Positions 49,242 to 57,920 of a DNA stretch of 64,000 nucleotides are shown one piece after another. Below the pieces are notes generated by a model. It worked only from the letters and a program-made list of their open reading frames with translations, ran no database searches and was not told the DNA's origin. This DNA is from Nitrospirota bacterium (GTDB lineage: Bacteria; Nitrospirota; UBA9217). Where the stretch lies: the NCBI GenBank assembly GCA_963790205.1, contig CAWBNQ010000005.1:149056-213055 (forward strand). Reading direction: 5' to 3'. Both the position numbers and the translations under genes were made by a program. Position 1 is the first letter of the stretch. The number at the start of each line of letters is the position of its first letter.

Positions 49242-49787
49242 TTAGAACCAGTATTCGGGATATTTTCTGTTCTTTGAAAGGTTGTTCACGAGCAGGGCGA
49301 CGATCAAAAGGATGATCGCCCCGCTGCCAGCGGGAACGACAGAGTAGAAATAGCCGAGATTGTGCACCTTGGCCCCGCCTATGACGGCGATCAATGCCGT
49401 TGCGCCGCCGGGCGGGTGGAGCGTTTTGGTGGCGAGCATGGCGACAATGGCGAGCGAAACAGCCATGGCCGCGGCGATCCAGAGCGTGCCGCCGAAGAGC
49501 TGATAGCAGGCGACTCCCACAAGACCCGAGAGCATGTGCCCGCCCACCAGATTTCGCGGCTGCGCGAGGGGGCTCTTGATCGCGCCGTAGATCAGGACTG
49601 CCGAAGCGCCGAAGGAACCGATGAGCAGCGACAGGTCCCTGGGTTCGAAATAGCTGGACGACAGGAACCCGCATATTCCGATGCCGAGCGCGGAACCGAG
49701 CCAGGACCAGGCAAGCTCCCGGATGCCTACGCCCGGCGGGCTCTTCGCACTTCCCTTCATCTTGGAAATATATTCGGCTATGGTCAT
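49242..49787 (-). CDS. HPP-family membrane protein
   Basis: Four TM helices and the family-defining TLHPPGGATAL motif. Confidence 0.85.
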   Translation of the reverse strand: MTIAEYISKMKGSAKSPPGVGIRELAWSWLGSALGIGICGFLSSSYFEPRDLSLLIGSFGASAVLIYGAIKSPLAQPRNLVGGHMLSGLVGVACYQLFGGTLWIAAAMAVSLAIVAMLATKTLHPPGGATALIAVIGGAKVHNLGYFYSVVPAGSGAIILLIVALLVNNLSKNRKYPEYWF

Positions 49788-49878
49788 AGGTTATCAGAAC
49801 AAAGGCGGGGTAGGGAGCATTATCGCCCGCGCCCGGCGGCTTTTGTTCTCCCTCGTTTTTCGCCCCTCGCGAGCGTAT

Positions 49879-50472
49879 TCATGTCTTCCGTTTTTCTCCC
49901 ACGGAACGGATAATGTCTCCCCGGGAGATGATCCCCAGGAGCTTTCCTTCGGGACCAACGACCGGAAGCCTCTTGATGCGGCGCATGTCGAGAACAGCGG
50001 CGACCTCTTTAACGTCCGCGTCCGGCTCCGTGGTTACGGGAGGCGTGCTCATGACATCTGCCACGCGGTCGCCGTCCTTTCTCTTCGGCAGGGACTTTCC
50101 GAGCAGGCGCCGCAGAAGGCTCTTTGGCGTTCGTTCTTTTTTCGCTCCGGCCGGCGAAGGGATATCGGCTTCGGAAATGACGCCGATGACGCGGTCATTT
50201 TCATCCACCACGGGCATACCGCTGATCTTGTGCTCGGACAGGAGCTTCGCCGCTTCATGGACGCTCGTGTCCCCGGTGACACGGAACACCTTGCCGGTCA
50301 TCACGCTCTGGACCGGTATCATCGTGGAGCGGCGCTCCCGCGCGTGGCGGACGGCGAGGACATAGATCTTCATCAGGTCCTCCTCCGTAATGTCCACATA
50401 GGCCTTGAGCTCCACGAGGGCGGCCCGCAGGTCTTCTTCTGAAATTGAAGGACAGGCATTGCAGATTTCCAT
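49879..50472 (-). CDS. CBS-domain pair protein
   Basis: Two CBS motifs (MTGKVFRV...GMPVVDENDRVIGVISEADI and VMSTPPVT...RLPVVGPEGKLLGIISRGDI). I chose the start at ATG 50472, which has a GGAGG five nt upstream. Confidence 0.75.
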   Translation of the reverse strand: MEICNACPSISEEDLRAALVELKAYVDITEEDLMKIYVLAVRHARERRSTMIPVQSVMTGKVFRVTGDTSVHEAAKLLSEHKISGMPVVDENDRVIGVISEADIPSPAGAKKERTPKSLLRRLLGKSLPKRKDGDRVADVMSTPPVTTEPDADVKEVAAVLDMRRIKRLPVVGPEGKLLGIISRGDIIRSVGEKRKT

Positions 50473-50616
50473 AAGCCTCCGGTAAGAACACGGGCGCCAG
50501 AGCGCTGAAACGGCTTCGCGGGACAGCGGGCGCCCGAACGGTCTGTTTCGGAAGATAGTATAACGAAGAACGAAAAGAACCGGTATGACGAAAATCATAC
50601 CGGGCACGGCATCAGA

Positions 50617-51513
50617 TTATTTCTCTTTGTCCTCGGCCCGGGTCACGATCCAGAAGACAAAGCCGATGACGAGGATGGCGGCGATGAGGTAGTAAATGGA
50701 CTCCGGGTTTTCATGTTTCAACGTTGCGATCATGGTCTCCCGGATCATGGTCACGAGGGCCACGCCCACGAACACGCTGATATGGAACTTGCCGCCCTTG
50801 AGGTGGGATATTTCGGTGTTCATGAGTTCGATCATGAGCCAGAGCAACAGCATGGACCCCAGGGCGGAGATGATGCCCCGCTCCACGTCGCCGGAGAAGA
50901 GGTGCAGCACGTCCTGCACGAAGAGCCACACAACGCCCAGCGTGAGGCCGATGAGCGCGACGACGAGCAGGAGGTTGGTGGTCTGGGAGAACCATTCGGA
51001 AAAATTGATCAGTGCGCTCCTTACCTTATAAACGGGCGAAAAGGTCCTTAACTCCTCTTCGAGGTAGGAGGTCGTGATGACGTCGAGGCTGATGTCGAGG
51101 ATCTTGCCGACGGAGATGATCTGGTTGGTCGCCTCCACTTTGTCCGCTTCCTGTTTCTGCAGGAGGCCGATGCAGGCGTTCTTGACGAGGTTGACGGCCC
51201 TGTTCATATAGTGGGTATCAACGTTGTGCTTTACGTGGGCGGAGCCGATGCGGATAAGCTTTTCATAGTACCGGTTGTCGTACTTTCCCGAAAAAAGATC
51301 GATGAACCATTCGCGCTGGGACCCGAAGACGTGCTTTTTCCTCGATTCCTCGGTAAAGAACTGAGCAGCCCCCTTGGTCCCCATGATCCAGAGGCCGAGC
51401 GTGCTCATAATCTCGTCGGCGTGTTCTTCCATGAGCGGCCGCAGGCCCGCGAGACGCTGTTCGTCCTCTTCGGCAAACCGGTAATCGTGCTTGATCTCCC
51501 TGAACGATCTCAT
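50617..51513 (-). CDS. Protoglobin/globin-coupled-sensor-type globin domain fused to a PsiE-like membrane domain
   Basis: The N-terminal 165 aa show the sensor-globin pattern (W..LF.G.YD..Y...R..IG..H). The C-terminal 130 aa have about 4 TM helices resembling the phosphate-starvation-inducible PsiE family. GGAGG RBS. Confidence 0.6.
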   Translation of the reverse strand: MRSFREIKHDYRFAEEDEQRLAGLRPLMEEHADEIMSTLGLWIMGTKGAAQFFTEESRKKHVFGSQREWFIDLFSGKYDNRYYEKLIRIGSAHVKHNVDTHYMNRAVNLVKNACIGLLQKQEADKVEATNQIISVGKILDISLDVITTSYLEEELRTFSPVYKVRSALINFSEWFSQTTNLLLVVALIGLTLGVVWLFVQDVLHLFSGDVERGIISALGSMLLLWLMIELMNTEISHLKGGKFHISVFVGVALVTMIRETMIATLKHENPESIYYLIAAILVIGFVFWIVTRAEDKEK

Positions 51514-51589
51514 TGAGATTATATCCTCCTCTTAATTGTAGCACAGGAAAAAACCGTTCCCCGGGTACTCGGCAGTGCCGGCAGGCCGT

Positions 51590-52681
51590 TCAAAACACGT
51601 TCATTACCGCCGTTCCGTCCGCCACCAGGACTGCTTTTATCGCGTTCGTCGTTATCCCGACGGAAACAAGCCGAAGGTCGCGAATTTCCCCTCTGATGTT
51701 CATGTGCTGGTTTAAATTGCGGTTCAGCGCGCGGGAGAGGAGACCTTTTTCAGCGTCGATCCTGTCCCCGATAAACCACGCTGCCCGGTCCGCGAGACCC
51801 TCCCGAAGCCTGGTGTGCAGCAGCCAGTCGGCGGCTTGTATGAGGACCTGTTTCGTTTCAACCGTATATTCCGGATTTCGCACCATGAAGGACCGCGTCG
51901 TCTCGTCGTATGCCGGCACGCCGGTCAGGTAAACAGTGCCTTTGACCGTCCCTTTGACGCTTACCGCCATGACGATCGAACCGCCGGAGCCATACAGCCT
52001 CACTTTTTCAATGACGACGGTTTCACCCGGCGCGGAATAAGTTCTTCCTTCCAGTTTTTTCGTCAGCTCTTTTCCAAGAAAATCGAAGGACAGCTCGCTC
52101 TCGAGCGCAATATGAAAACCCGTTTCGGGCGGTACAGCGGTCATTGTTATCTCGGGAAGCGATTGCGCGGTCATGGGAACTGCCGTAACCGGAACAATCT
52201 TCGGCTTGAGATCAAATCCCACGACAACCGTCACCATATCGTCCGGCTTCGCCGGAGGTGAAACGTGGACCGCCTGGGGATTGAGCAGGAGAACAAGAGT
52301 ATCCTCCAGCCTGATCGGCGCCTGCAGGGATTCCCAGACCCTGGCTGCTTGTTGCCGCAGATAGCGGTTTTGCGCGAGATTATTATCTTTCTTTGACGCC
52401 TGCCTCCTGAGAAAATCCTGAATTTTCCCCGCGATGACGTTCTCCCGCCCCGTCCCGGCAGGTCCGGTATCTTTCGATAACAACTGGCCAAGATCGTCGA
52501 GGATTGATTTTACTGAAACCGTAATCGGCATGTTAATAGTGGATTTTTCAATGACCGGCTCAGCAATCGGCGTTGCGAAAGCTTCCGGGGCGGGAATGGT
52601 GAAGCGGGCGCACCCGTACATCAATGAACCGAACAAATACAGACCGACCACGGTTAACGTGCGTTTGGTATGGGTGAACAT
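51590..52681 (-). CDS. Putative lipoprotein of unknown function (DUF4403-like?)
   Basis: Signal peptide with a G-C lipobox-like site (LMYGC). 363 aa. I recognised no catalytic motifs. Confidence 0.45.
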   Translation of the reverse strand: MFTHTKRTLTVVGLYLFGSLMYGCARFTIPAPEAFATPIAEPVIEKSTINMPITVSVKSILDDLGQLLSKDTGPAGTGRENVIAGKIQDFLRRQASKKDNNLAQNRYLRQQAARVWESLQAPIRLEDTLVLLLNPQAVHVSPPAKPDDMVTVVVGFDLKPKIVPVTAVPMTAQSLPEITMTAVPPETGFHIALESELSFDFLGKELTKKLEGRTYSAPGETVVIEKVRLYGSGGSIVMAVSVKGTVKGTVYLTGVPAYDETTRSFMVRNPEYTVETKQVLIQAADWLLHTRLREGLADRAAWFIGDRIDAEKGLLSRALNRNLNQHMNIRGEIRDLRLVSVGITTNAIKAVLVADGTAVMNVF

Positions 52682-52963
52682 GGTGTTTTCTTGCCAGGGA
52701 GTATTTCGACGATACGGTGAATTGAGAACCGCCGGCGCACGGCGACTTTTCAGCGCATGATAACATTATAGCAGCCTTTTATCGGTTCAAATGTGTGAAG
52801 CGGCGGGTCAAGACAATTCAGAATATTTTGCGCCGATACCCTCAAAATACCCCGCCCGGGGTATGGATTTCCCCTTTGAATAATAGTATCATCGAACCAT
52901 AAAAAAAGGTGTAGACAGCAATCAATTGCCGTCTATCGAACGTCACAGGGGGGATGGTACACG

Positions 52964-53137
52964 ATGCCGCTGTTATTACAGGATGTTTTTCGCGAGGCGA
53001 TCGACAAGACCAAGCAGCTCGGGATGTGGGAAAAACTGACTATCAAGCAAAGAGAAGCGCTGGTGAGCAAATATCTTCTGGAATACTACAACAAAAAGCG
53101 CAGCCCCTTGAAAGCCGCTGTAACCGCCGGCTACTGA
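52964..53137 (+). CDS. Small hypothetical protein (57 aa)
   Basis: ATG preceded by a G-rich RBS-like stretch. It is not in the ORF track because it is under 60 aa. Its coding status is uncertain. Confidence 0.25.
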   Translation: MPLLLQDVFREAIDKTKQLGMWEKLTIKQREALVSKYLLEYYNKKRSPLKAAVTAGY

Positions 53138-53228
53138 CGTCGCGGGTCCAGTCTCTTCTCCCTGCACTCCTCGGGTCTTCGGCACGCTGCATCCTCATTC
53201 CACTGTTTAACGAAACAAGGACCCCCTA

Positions 53229-53558
53229 TCAGTTTCCAGCGACGTCGTTTGCGGCGCCTTCCTGCGCGCTTTTGCGCCCGATGAGACCGCGGAACCCGTA
53301 TTTTCCGGTAAGGTATCCGGCATGGTCGCGACGCTGGCCCATGCGGCCGAAGAGCACGCGGCTCAGGAGCAGCAACCCGATGCCCTGAAGATAGGTGATC
53401 GTCCTGAGTCCGAAAATGGCTGGCATCAGCCAGTTCCAGAGCAGTTGTACAAAGAAGCCAAGTGCCAGGACGAACGCGAGGACAATGGCTATCCCCCACA
53501 CAACGTGCCTGACGCCCCGTTTTTCGCTCCCCGTTGCGTCATTCTGTTTCTCGGACAT
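53229..53558 (-). CDS. Small membrane protein (109 aa), hypothetical
   Basis: Two predicted TM helices. No recognised family. Confidence 0.35.
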   Translation of the reverse strand: MSEKQNDATGSEKRGVRHVVWGIAIVLAFVLALGFFVQLLWNWLMPAIFGLRTITYLQGIGLLLLSRVLFGRMGQRRDHAGYLTGKYGFRGLIGRKSAQEGAANDVAGN

Positions 53559-53700
53559 GGTTTTTCCTCCTTTTGAAATCCGGGTTCAATTACCTGTCGA
53601 GGGACTCATGAAGCGGTCCTTCGTTGTTTATCGAGCACGAGCGATGCCGAACGGCCGCGGACCTGAGATTGTAGGATGAGCTCATTAACGAAACGGGAGA

Positions 53701-54351
53701 TCATTTTTCCCTGACCCCTTCGATCAGCATATAGGTGTCATGTTTCACATAGCGCGTTCCCGTCACCTTCAAATCCGGATTGTTCCGGACATGAACCAGC
53801 GTGTTCCGGTCGAACCGCGCTCCGTACACTTTTTCAACGAAGGGCGTGAAGAGGTCCTGCCGCTTTCTCAGCTTGGGACTGTCCGAATACCTCATCTCCA
53901 GGAGGCGGAACCCGCCGCCTGGTTTTAATACGCGGGCAAACTCCGCGAGCGCCTGCTCCTGCAGCTCCTCGGGCAGGACGCAGCAGAGAAAGAACGCCAC
54001 TACCCAGTCGCGGCTGCCCGACGGGACGGATTCCATCCTGCAGGCGTCTTCATGGACGAAACGGACGGGACAGGACGCTTCCCTGCGCCGTTTCGCAGCT
54101 TTCCTGAGCATGGCGGGACTGAAATCCAGGGCAGTCAGGTTTACCCCGGGCTGGTAATATTTCAGGTTTCTGCCGGTCCCGATCCCCGCCTCCAGCACCT
54201 CGCCCTTCAGGTCGGCCAGCAGCCCGGGCCTCCATCTCCGGTATTGGAGTTCCCAGGGAAAATCCAGGATATCGTAGAACCAGGCGGTGAAGGCATAGCG
54301 TTTCCGGTTCAGCAGATTCAGTTCGTGCAGAGTGAGTTTTTTTGAGTTCAT
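53701..54351 (-). CDS. Class I SAM-dependent methyltransferase
   Basis: VLEAGIGTGRNL glycine motif and an LKPGGGFRLLE motif. Confidence 0.8.
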   Translation of the reverse strand: MNSKKLTLHELNLLNRKRYAFTAWFYDILDFPWELQYRRWRPGLLADLKGEVLEAGIGTGRNLKYYQPGVNLTALDFSPAMLRKAAKRRREASCPVRFVHEDACRMESVPSGSRDWVVAFFLCCVLPEELQEQALAEFARVLKPGGGFRLLEMRYSDSPKLRKRQDLFTPFVEKVYGARFDRNTLVHVRNNPDLKVTGTRYVKHDTYMLIEGVREK

Positions 54352-54427
54352 GGGAGCATTGCGATATTATACATTATACAGCGCTGAGGTGAATAAAAAA
54401 ACACCACTCCTTTATAGCAGAATGAAT

Positions 54428-55261
54428 TCACTTCGGCACGTCCCGGAGAATGCTCTTGATATCTCTATTATCGTATTGTTCCCTTCTCCATCGGTACGGC
54501 AGATCGATGATCGTACCCGGCTCCTGTATGACGTACAAAGCGCGCAATGCTTCCGCCAGTACGACCCGCTGCTGCGCTGTTTTGAACGGCTCGCCCAACG
54601 GATGGCCGAAAGGCCATCTCAAAAAAACGGTCCTCGGCGGCCTCACCTTCTCCGAATATTGCCGCACGATCGAGACGCCGATCGTGGGGATCCCTGATTT
54701 TTCAATTTCCCGCTGTATCAATCCCACGGATTGATTGCAGATGCCTCATCCGGGAGTAAGCAGGACGATATCGACGCAGTCGTTTTTCAACGCTCGTGCG
54801 ATCTCGGGCGCGTTCCTATCGACCAGTGTCGGGATGTGCCTGCCTACTATGTGTCCCATGAAACTGTAATGACGGCCTGCGACACGCCCAATGAGCCCTT
54901 CCTGTTCGAATTCCCTCAGTCTTTCCACGGGAAAAACGATGTTGATGTCCTTATCGGCATCGGCATGATCATAGTAATCGTGGGTGATCATCAGGTCCGA
55001 GGCCGGCCTTCCCAGGTCGATGGCCCGATAAGACGGATCGCCCTCGTGGTCTTTCATGTCGAAAGGTTCCTGGTCTTTTTGATGAACCCCCGCCGTTGTC
55101 ACGACCGCGATTGTTGATTCAGAGAGGGCCTTTGTTACCGGGGTCCAGGGAACATCAAGGGATTGCCGCGGATCGTAGGCGGCAATGAATCTCTTTGCGA
55201 GCGAGGGGAAGCGGGTAATAACTTTTGAGATCAGTTTATTTTTTAGTCTGTCGATGCTCAT
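54428..55261 (-). CDS. GrdB/PrdB-family reductase selenoprotein B-like protein, with selenocysteine encoded by in-frame TGA (minus-strand codon at 54746-54748)
   Basis: The two track ORFs (54746..55261 and 54428..54727) are in the same frame and separated only by TGA. Read-through gives ...VDIVLLTPG-U-GICNQSVGLIQREIEKSGIPTIGVSIV, a U-x-x-C redox motif. The flanking sequence parallels the PrdB/GrdB Sec region. A SECIS-like hairpin lies 11 nt downstream. Confidence 0.7.
54717..54735 (-). promoter_or_regulatory. Putative bacterial SECIS hairpin for the GrdB/PrdB-like selenoprotein
   Basis: The mRNA has an AUCAAUCC-GUG-GGAUUGAU stem with 8 perfect base pairs. It starts 11 nt 3' of the UGA, and its apical loop contains G and U. 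Confidence 0.5.
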
Positions 55262-55445
55262 GCGTCATGATTTCCCCTAAGGAACGGTTGAACAGTTGGA
55301 ATATACACTATTTTGGTTTATCTGAAAAGCATACGTTAGCATCCGGGCGGAGCGGCATGGCAAATCCCCTCGACGTTTTCGGCTGGGAGTAAGGTATTGA
55401 ATGCAGCGATGCAAACTGATAAGCGCGGCCACGAGGGGCAATCTA

Positions 55446-55769
55446 TGGCTCTCTCTCCAGGGAATATCCGGTCTTCTTCCACCCCTCGACGCCGCCTGCG
55501 AGGACCTTTACGTTCTTGAATCCTTTCTCGGCATATTCCACTGCCCGACGGGCAGCGCTCGCCTCCTGAGGTCAGGCGCAGTAGAAGATTATCTCTTGTT
55601 CCTTCGGCAGCGAAACGGCCCTGTTCTTAAACTCGCTGAACGAGAGAGCACCTTCGAGGTGCATTCTCTTAAACTTATCCTCGTCGTCATAAGCGCAGAC
55701 AAAAAGGGCCGTCTTGGTCAGGACTTTTTTTCTTGCTTCTTCCGGCGGAATTCTTATCGGCTCGGTCAT
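55446..55769 (-). CDS. Single-domain rhodanese-like sulfurtransferase selenoprotein (TGA-encoded Sec at minus-strand codon 55572-55574)
   Basis: The track ORF stops at TGA right after FYCA. In-frame read-through continues ...UPQEASAARRAVEYAEKGFKNVKVLAGGVEGWKKTGYSLE, a rhodanese C-terminal consensus, to TAG at 55443. The start at ATG 55769 has a GGAGAGGGAAA RBS. A hairpin lies 16 nt after the UGA. Confidence 0.65.
55541..55555 (-). promoter_or_regulatory. Putative SECIS-like hairpin for the rhodanese selenoprotein
   Basis: The mRNA has CUGCCC-GUC-GGGCAG, a 6-bp GC-rich stem, starting 16 nt 3' of the UGA. Confidence 0.35.
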
Positions 55770-55836
55770 TTTCCCTCTCCAATTAAAAAAAGGAATGCAC
55801 GCATTCGCGCGCATTCCCCGGAATCGCGAAAGGTCT

Positions 55837-57156
55837 TTACGCTCTGGCCTTTGCCAGTCTGAAAAAATCAATGAGGAACATCACCACTCCGGCGGCAAAT
55901 CCCCACGCTGATACCCAGAACACGGCGTACCACAGCTTCATATATCCCTGCGTCGTGAGGTAGTCCATGCCGAGCACCCTCTGGAAATAGACCTGGACGA
56001 TGCCGGCGATGGCAAGGGAGAGCGCCATCAGCGCCATAAAGGAGCACATGAACCAGAAGGCCTTGGTCCCGAGCGACTGCCTGAAGGTCGTGAGTCCTTT
56101 TAATTGCGGCATGACGAAATAGATCAGCGTGAGATTCAGCATGGCATAGGCGCCGAAGAATGCGAAATGCCCGTGCGAGGCCGTCACCTGCGTGCCGTGG
56201 GTCCATTGGTTGATCTGCGGGAGCGTATGGGCGAAGCCCCAGACGCCGGCGCCGAAAAAGTGCATGACCGCGCACCCGACCGCCCAGGACAAGGCGACCT
56301 TGTTCGTGATCTCCAGTTTCCGTTCCCGCACCACGCGAAGCGTGTCGATCACCATAAAGAGGATGGGAAGCGGTTCAAAAGCACTGAAGATCCCGCCCCA
56401 CCAGAGCCAGTAGTTCGGCGTGCCGATCCAGTAATAGTGATGCCCCGTGCCCACGATGCCCGTGAACAGCACGAGGCCCACCTCGACATAGAGCCACTTC
56501 TCGACCAGCGCCCGGTCAACGCCCGTTAGTTTCATGAGCATAAAGGCCATGATCGCGCCGGTGACAAGCTCCCATGCTCCTTCCACCCAGAGGTGTATCA
56601 CCCACCACCACCAGAAGTACTGGGTTGCCAGGTTCTTCATGAAGAAAACGCCGAAGAGGAACATGCCCGCGAGCATGACCAAGCCTCCCAGGAGGACCCC
56701 CTGGATCACGGTCCATTTTTTTGTCTTCATCATGGTCATGAAGATGTTGTAGAGAAAGATCAAAGCGACAAGTACGATGCCGAATTTAAGGATTGTCGGC
56801 TGCTCCAGGAAGGGCATGCCCCACGTCCAGCCAAGGAAGTAGCCCACGATGGCCGCGACGCCGATAAGCGCGAACAGGATGAGTTGGAAGTTCGCCAGCT
56901 TCTTGCTGTAGATCTCGGTCTGCGCCTCTTCCGGGACAAGGTAGTACGTCCCTCCCATGAACCCGAAGAGAAGCCAGACCACGAGAAGGTTTATGTGGAT
57001 GGCCCGCGCGGTGTTGAACGGCAGGATATTGATGAGCGGGTCATAGTCCCATACGTACTTGGCGCCCATGATCAGGCCGAAGACGACCTGGAGCCCGAAG
57101 AGCAGCGCCGCGACGATAAAGTAGTTTAACGCGATCTTCTGTGATTCGTATTTCAT
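55837..57156 (-). CDS. norB: Nitric oxide reductase large subunit (heme-copper oxidase superfamily, cNOR NorB-like)
   Basis: 439 aa with 12 TM helices and conserved His ligands (HHYYWIG, THGTQVTASHGHFAFFGAYA) typical of NorB. Confidence 0.85.
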   Translation of the reverse strand: MKYESQKIALNYFIVAALLFGLQVVFGLIMGAKYVWDYDPLINILPFNTARAIHINLLVVWLLFGFMGGTYYLVPEEAQTEIYSKKLANFQLILFALIGVAAIVGYFLGWTWGMPFLEQPTILKFGIVLVALIFLYNIFMTMMKTKKWTVIQGVLLGGLVMLAGMFLFGVFFMKNLATQYFWWWWVIHLWVEGAWELVTGAIMAFMLMKLTGVDRALVEKWLYVEVGLVLFTGIVGTGHHYYWIGTPNYWLWWGGIFSAFEPLPILFMVIDTLRVVRERKLEITNKVALSWAVGCAVMHFFGAGVWGFAHTLPQINQWTHGTQVTASHGHFAFFGAYAMLNLTLIYFVMPQLKGLTTFRQSLGTKAFWFMCSFMALMALSLAIAGIVQVYFQRVLGMDYLTTQGYMKLWYAVFWVSAWGFAAGVVMFLIDFFRLAKARA

Positions 57157-57201
57157 CTCATTCCTCCTTATCGCAGTCCTGCGAGATAGTGCGCAAGGTC
57201 G

Positions 57202-57840
57202 TCAACGTCCTTTTTGGAAAGCCTCGAAAAGCTCCGGCATAATGGACTGAGGGTTGTGCGATTTCGGGTTCCTGAGCTGCGCCTCGATCCATTCGGTGTC
57301 GCGTCTTCTGCCGACCTGGGACAGGTCGGGCCCTACTTTGCCGCCCACGCCGGCGATCATGTGGCATGCGGAGCACCCCTGGGCCTTATAGACCGCCTCG
57401 CCCGGGGTGACGGAGGTCACTGCCGACGCCACCATGGGTTTCGGGGGCCAGTTGTTCGTGTCGATGCCGTTCACCCAGGTGAGGAACGCGACGAGATCGG
57501 CGATCTCTTCGTCCTTGAGACCGAGGTTCGGCATCTTTCTCGCATTCGGCCAGACCTTCTCCGGGTCCTTCAGGAACCTCGCGACCCATTCGTTGTCCCG
57601 GTAGCTCATGACCTTGGTGACGTCGGGGGCGTAGTAGCCGCCGATGCCGAGGATCGTGTGGCAGTCGTTGCAGTTATGCTTCTGCCACACCCACTTGCCC
57701 GCCGCAACCTGTGCGTCCAGCTTTTCTTCGTGCGTTCTCTGCGGCATCTTCACCAGAGAATCATACGTGAGGACAAGAAAGATTATCGCCGATATCGCGG
57801 TGCCCCAGATAAAAATTGCCTTCCCCTGTGCGAGTGTCAT
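57202..57840 (-). CDS. norC: NorC-like cytochrome c subunit of NO reductase with an extra C-terminal mono-heme cytochrome c domain (di-heme)
   Basis: The N-terminal 150 aa align with NorC (TM anchor, CNDCHTILG, IDTNNWPPKP). The C-terminal extension carries a second CSACH motif with a class-I cyt c pattern. I place the start at ATG 57840 (MTLAQ), which has an AGGGAGA RBS. Confidence 0.75.
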   Translation of the reverse strand: MTLAQGKAIFIWGTAISAIIFLVLTYDSLVKMPQRTHEEKLDAQVAAGKWVWQKHNCNDCHTILGIGGYYAPDVTKVMSYRDNEWVARFLKDPEKVWPNARKMPNLGLKDEEIADLVAFLTWVNGIDTNNWPPKPMVASAVTSVTPGEAVYKAQGCSACHMIAGVGGKVGPDLSQVGRRRDTEWIEAQLRNPKSHNPQSIMPELFEAFQKGR

Positions 57841-57920
57841 TGCTTCTCCCTTCTTCAATGATATGATTATCCTGTCCAAGGACTGCAATAAATACTTTTA
57901 CAGGCATTAGGGCTCATGCA

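Noticed and set aside
52954-53388. Plus-strand 144-aa ORF
   Set aside because: No RBS and no homology. It overlaps a better small ORF in another frame (52964..53137). It is probably non-coding.
54428-54727. Treating 54428..54727 and 54746..55261 as two separate short genes or a disrupted pseudogene
   Set aside because: They share one reading frame and are separated only by TGA. The read-through yields a conserved U-x-x-C motif with a hairpin 11 nt downstream. That points to a selenocysteine codon, not a pseudogene.
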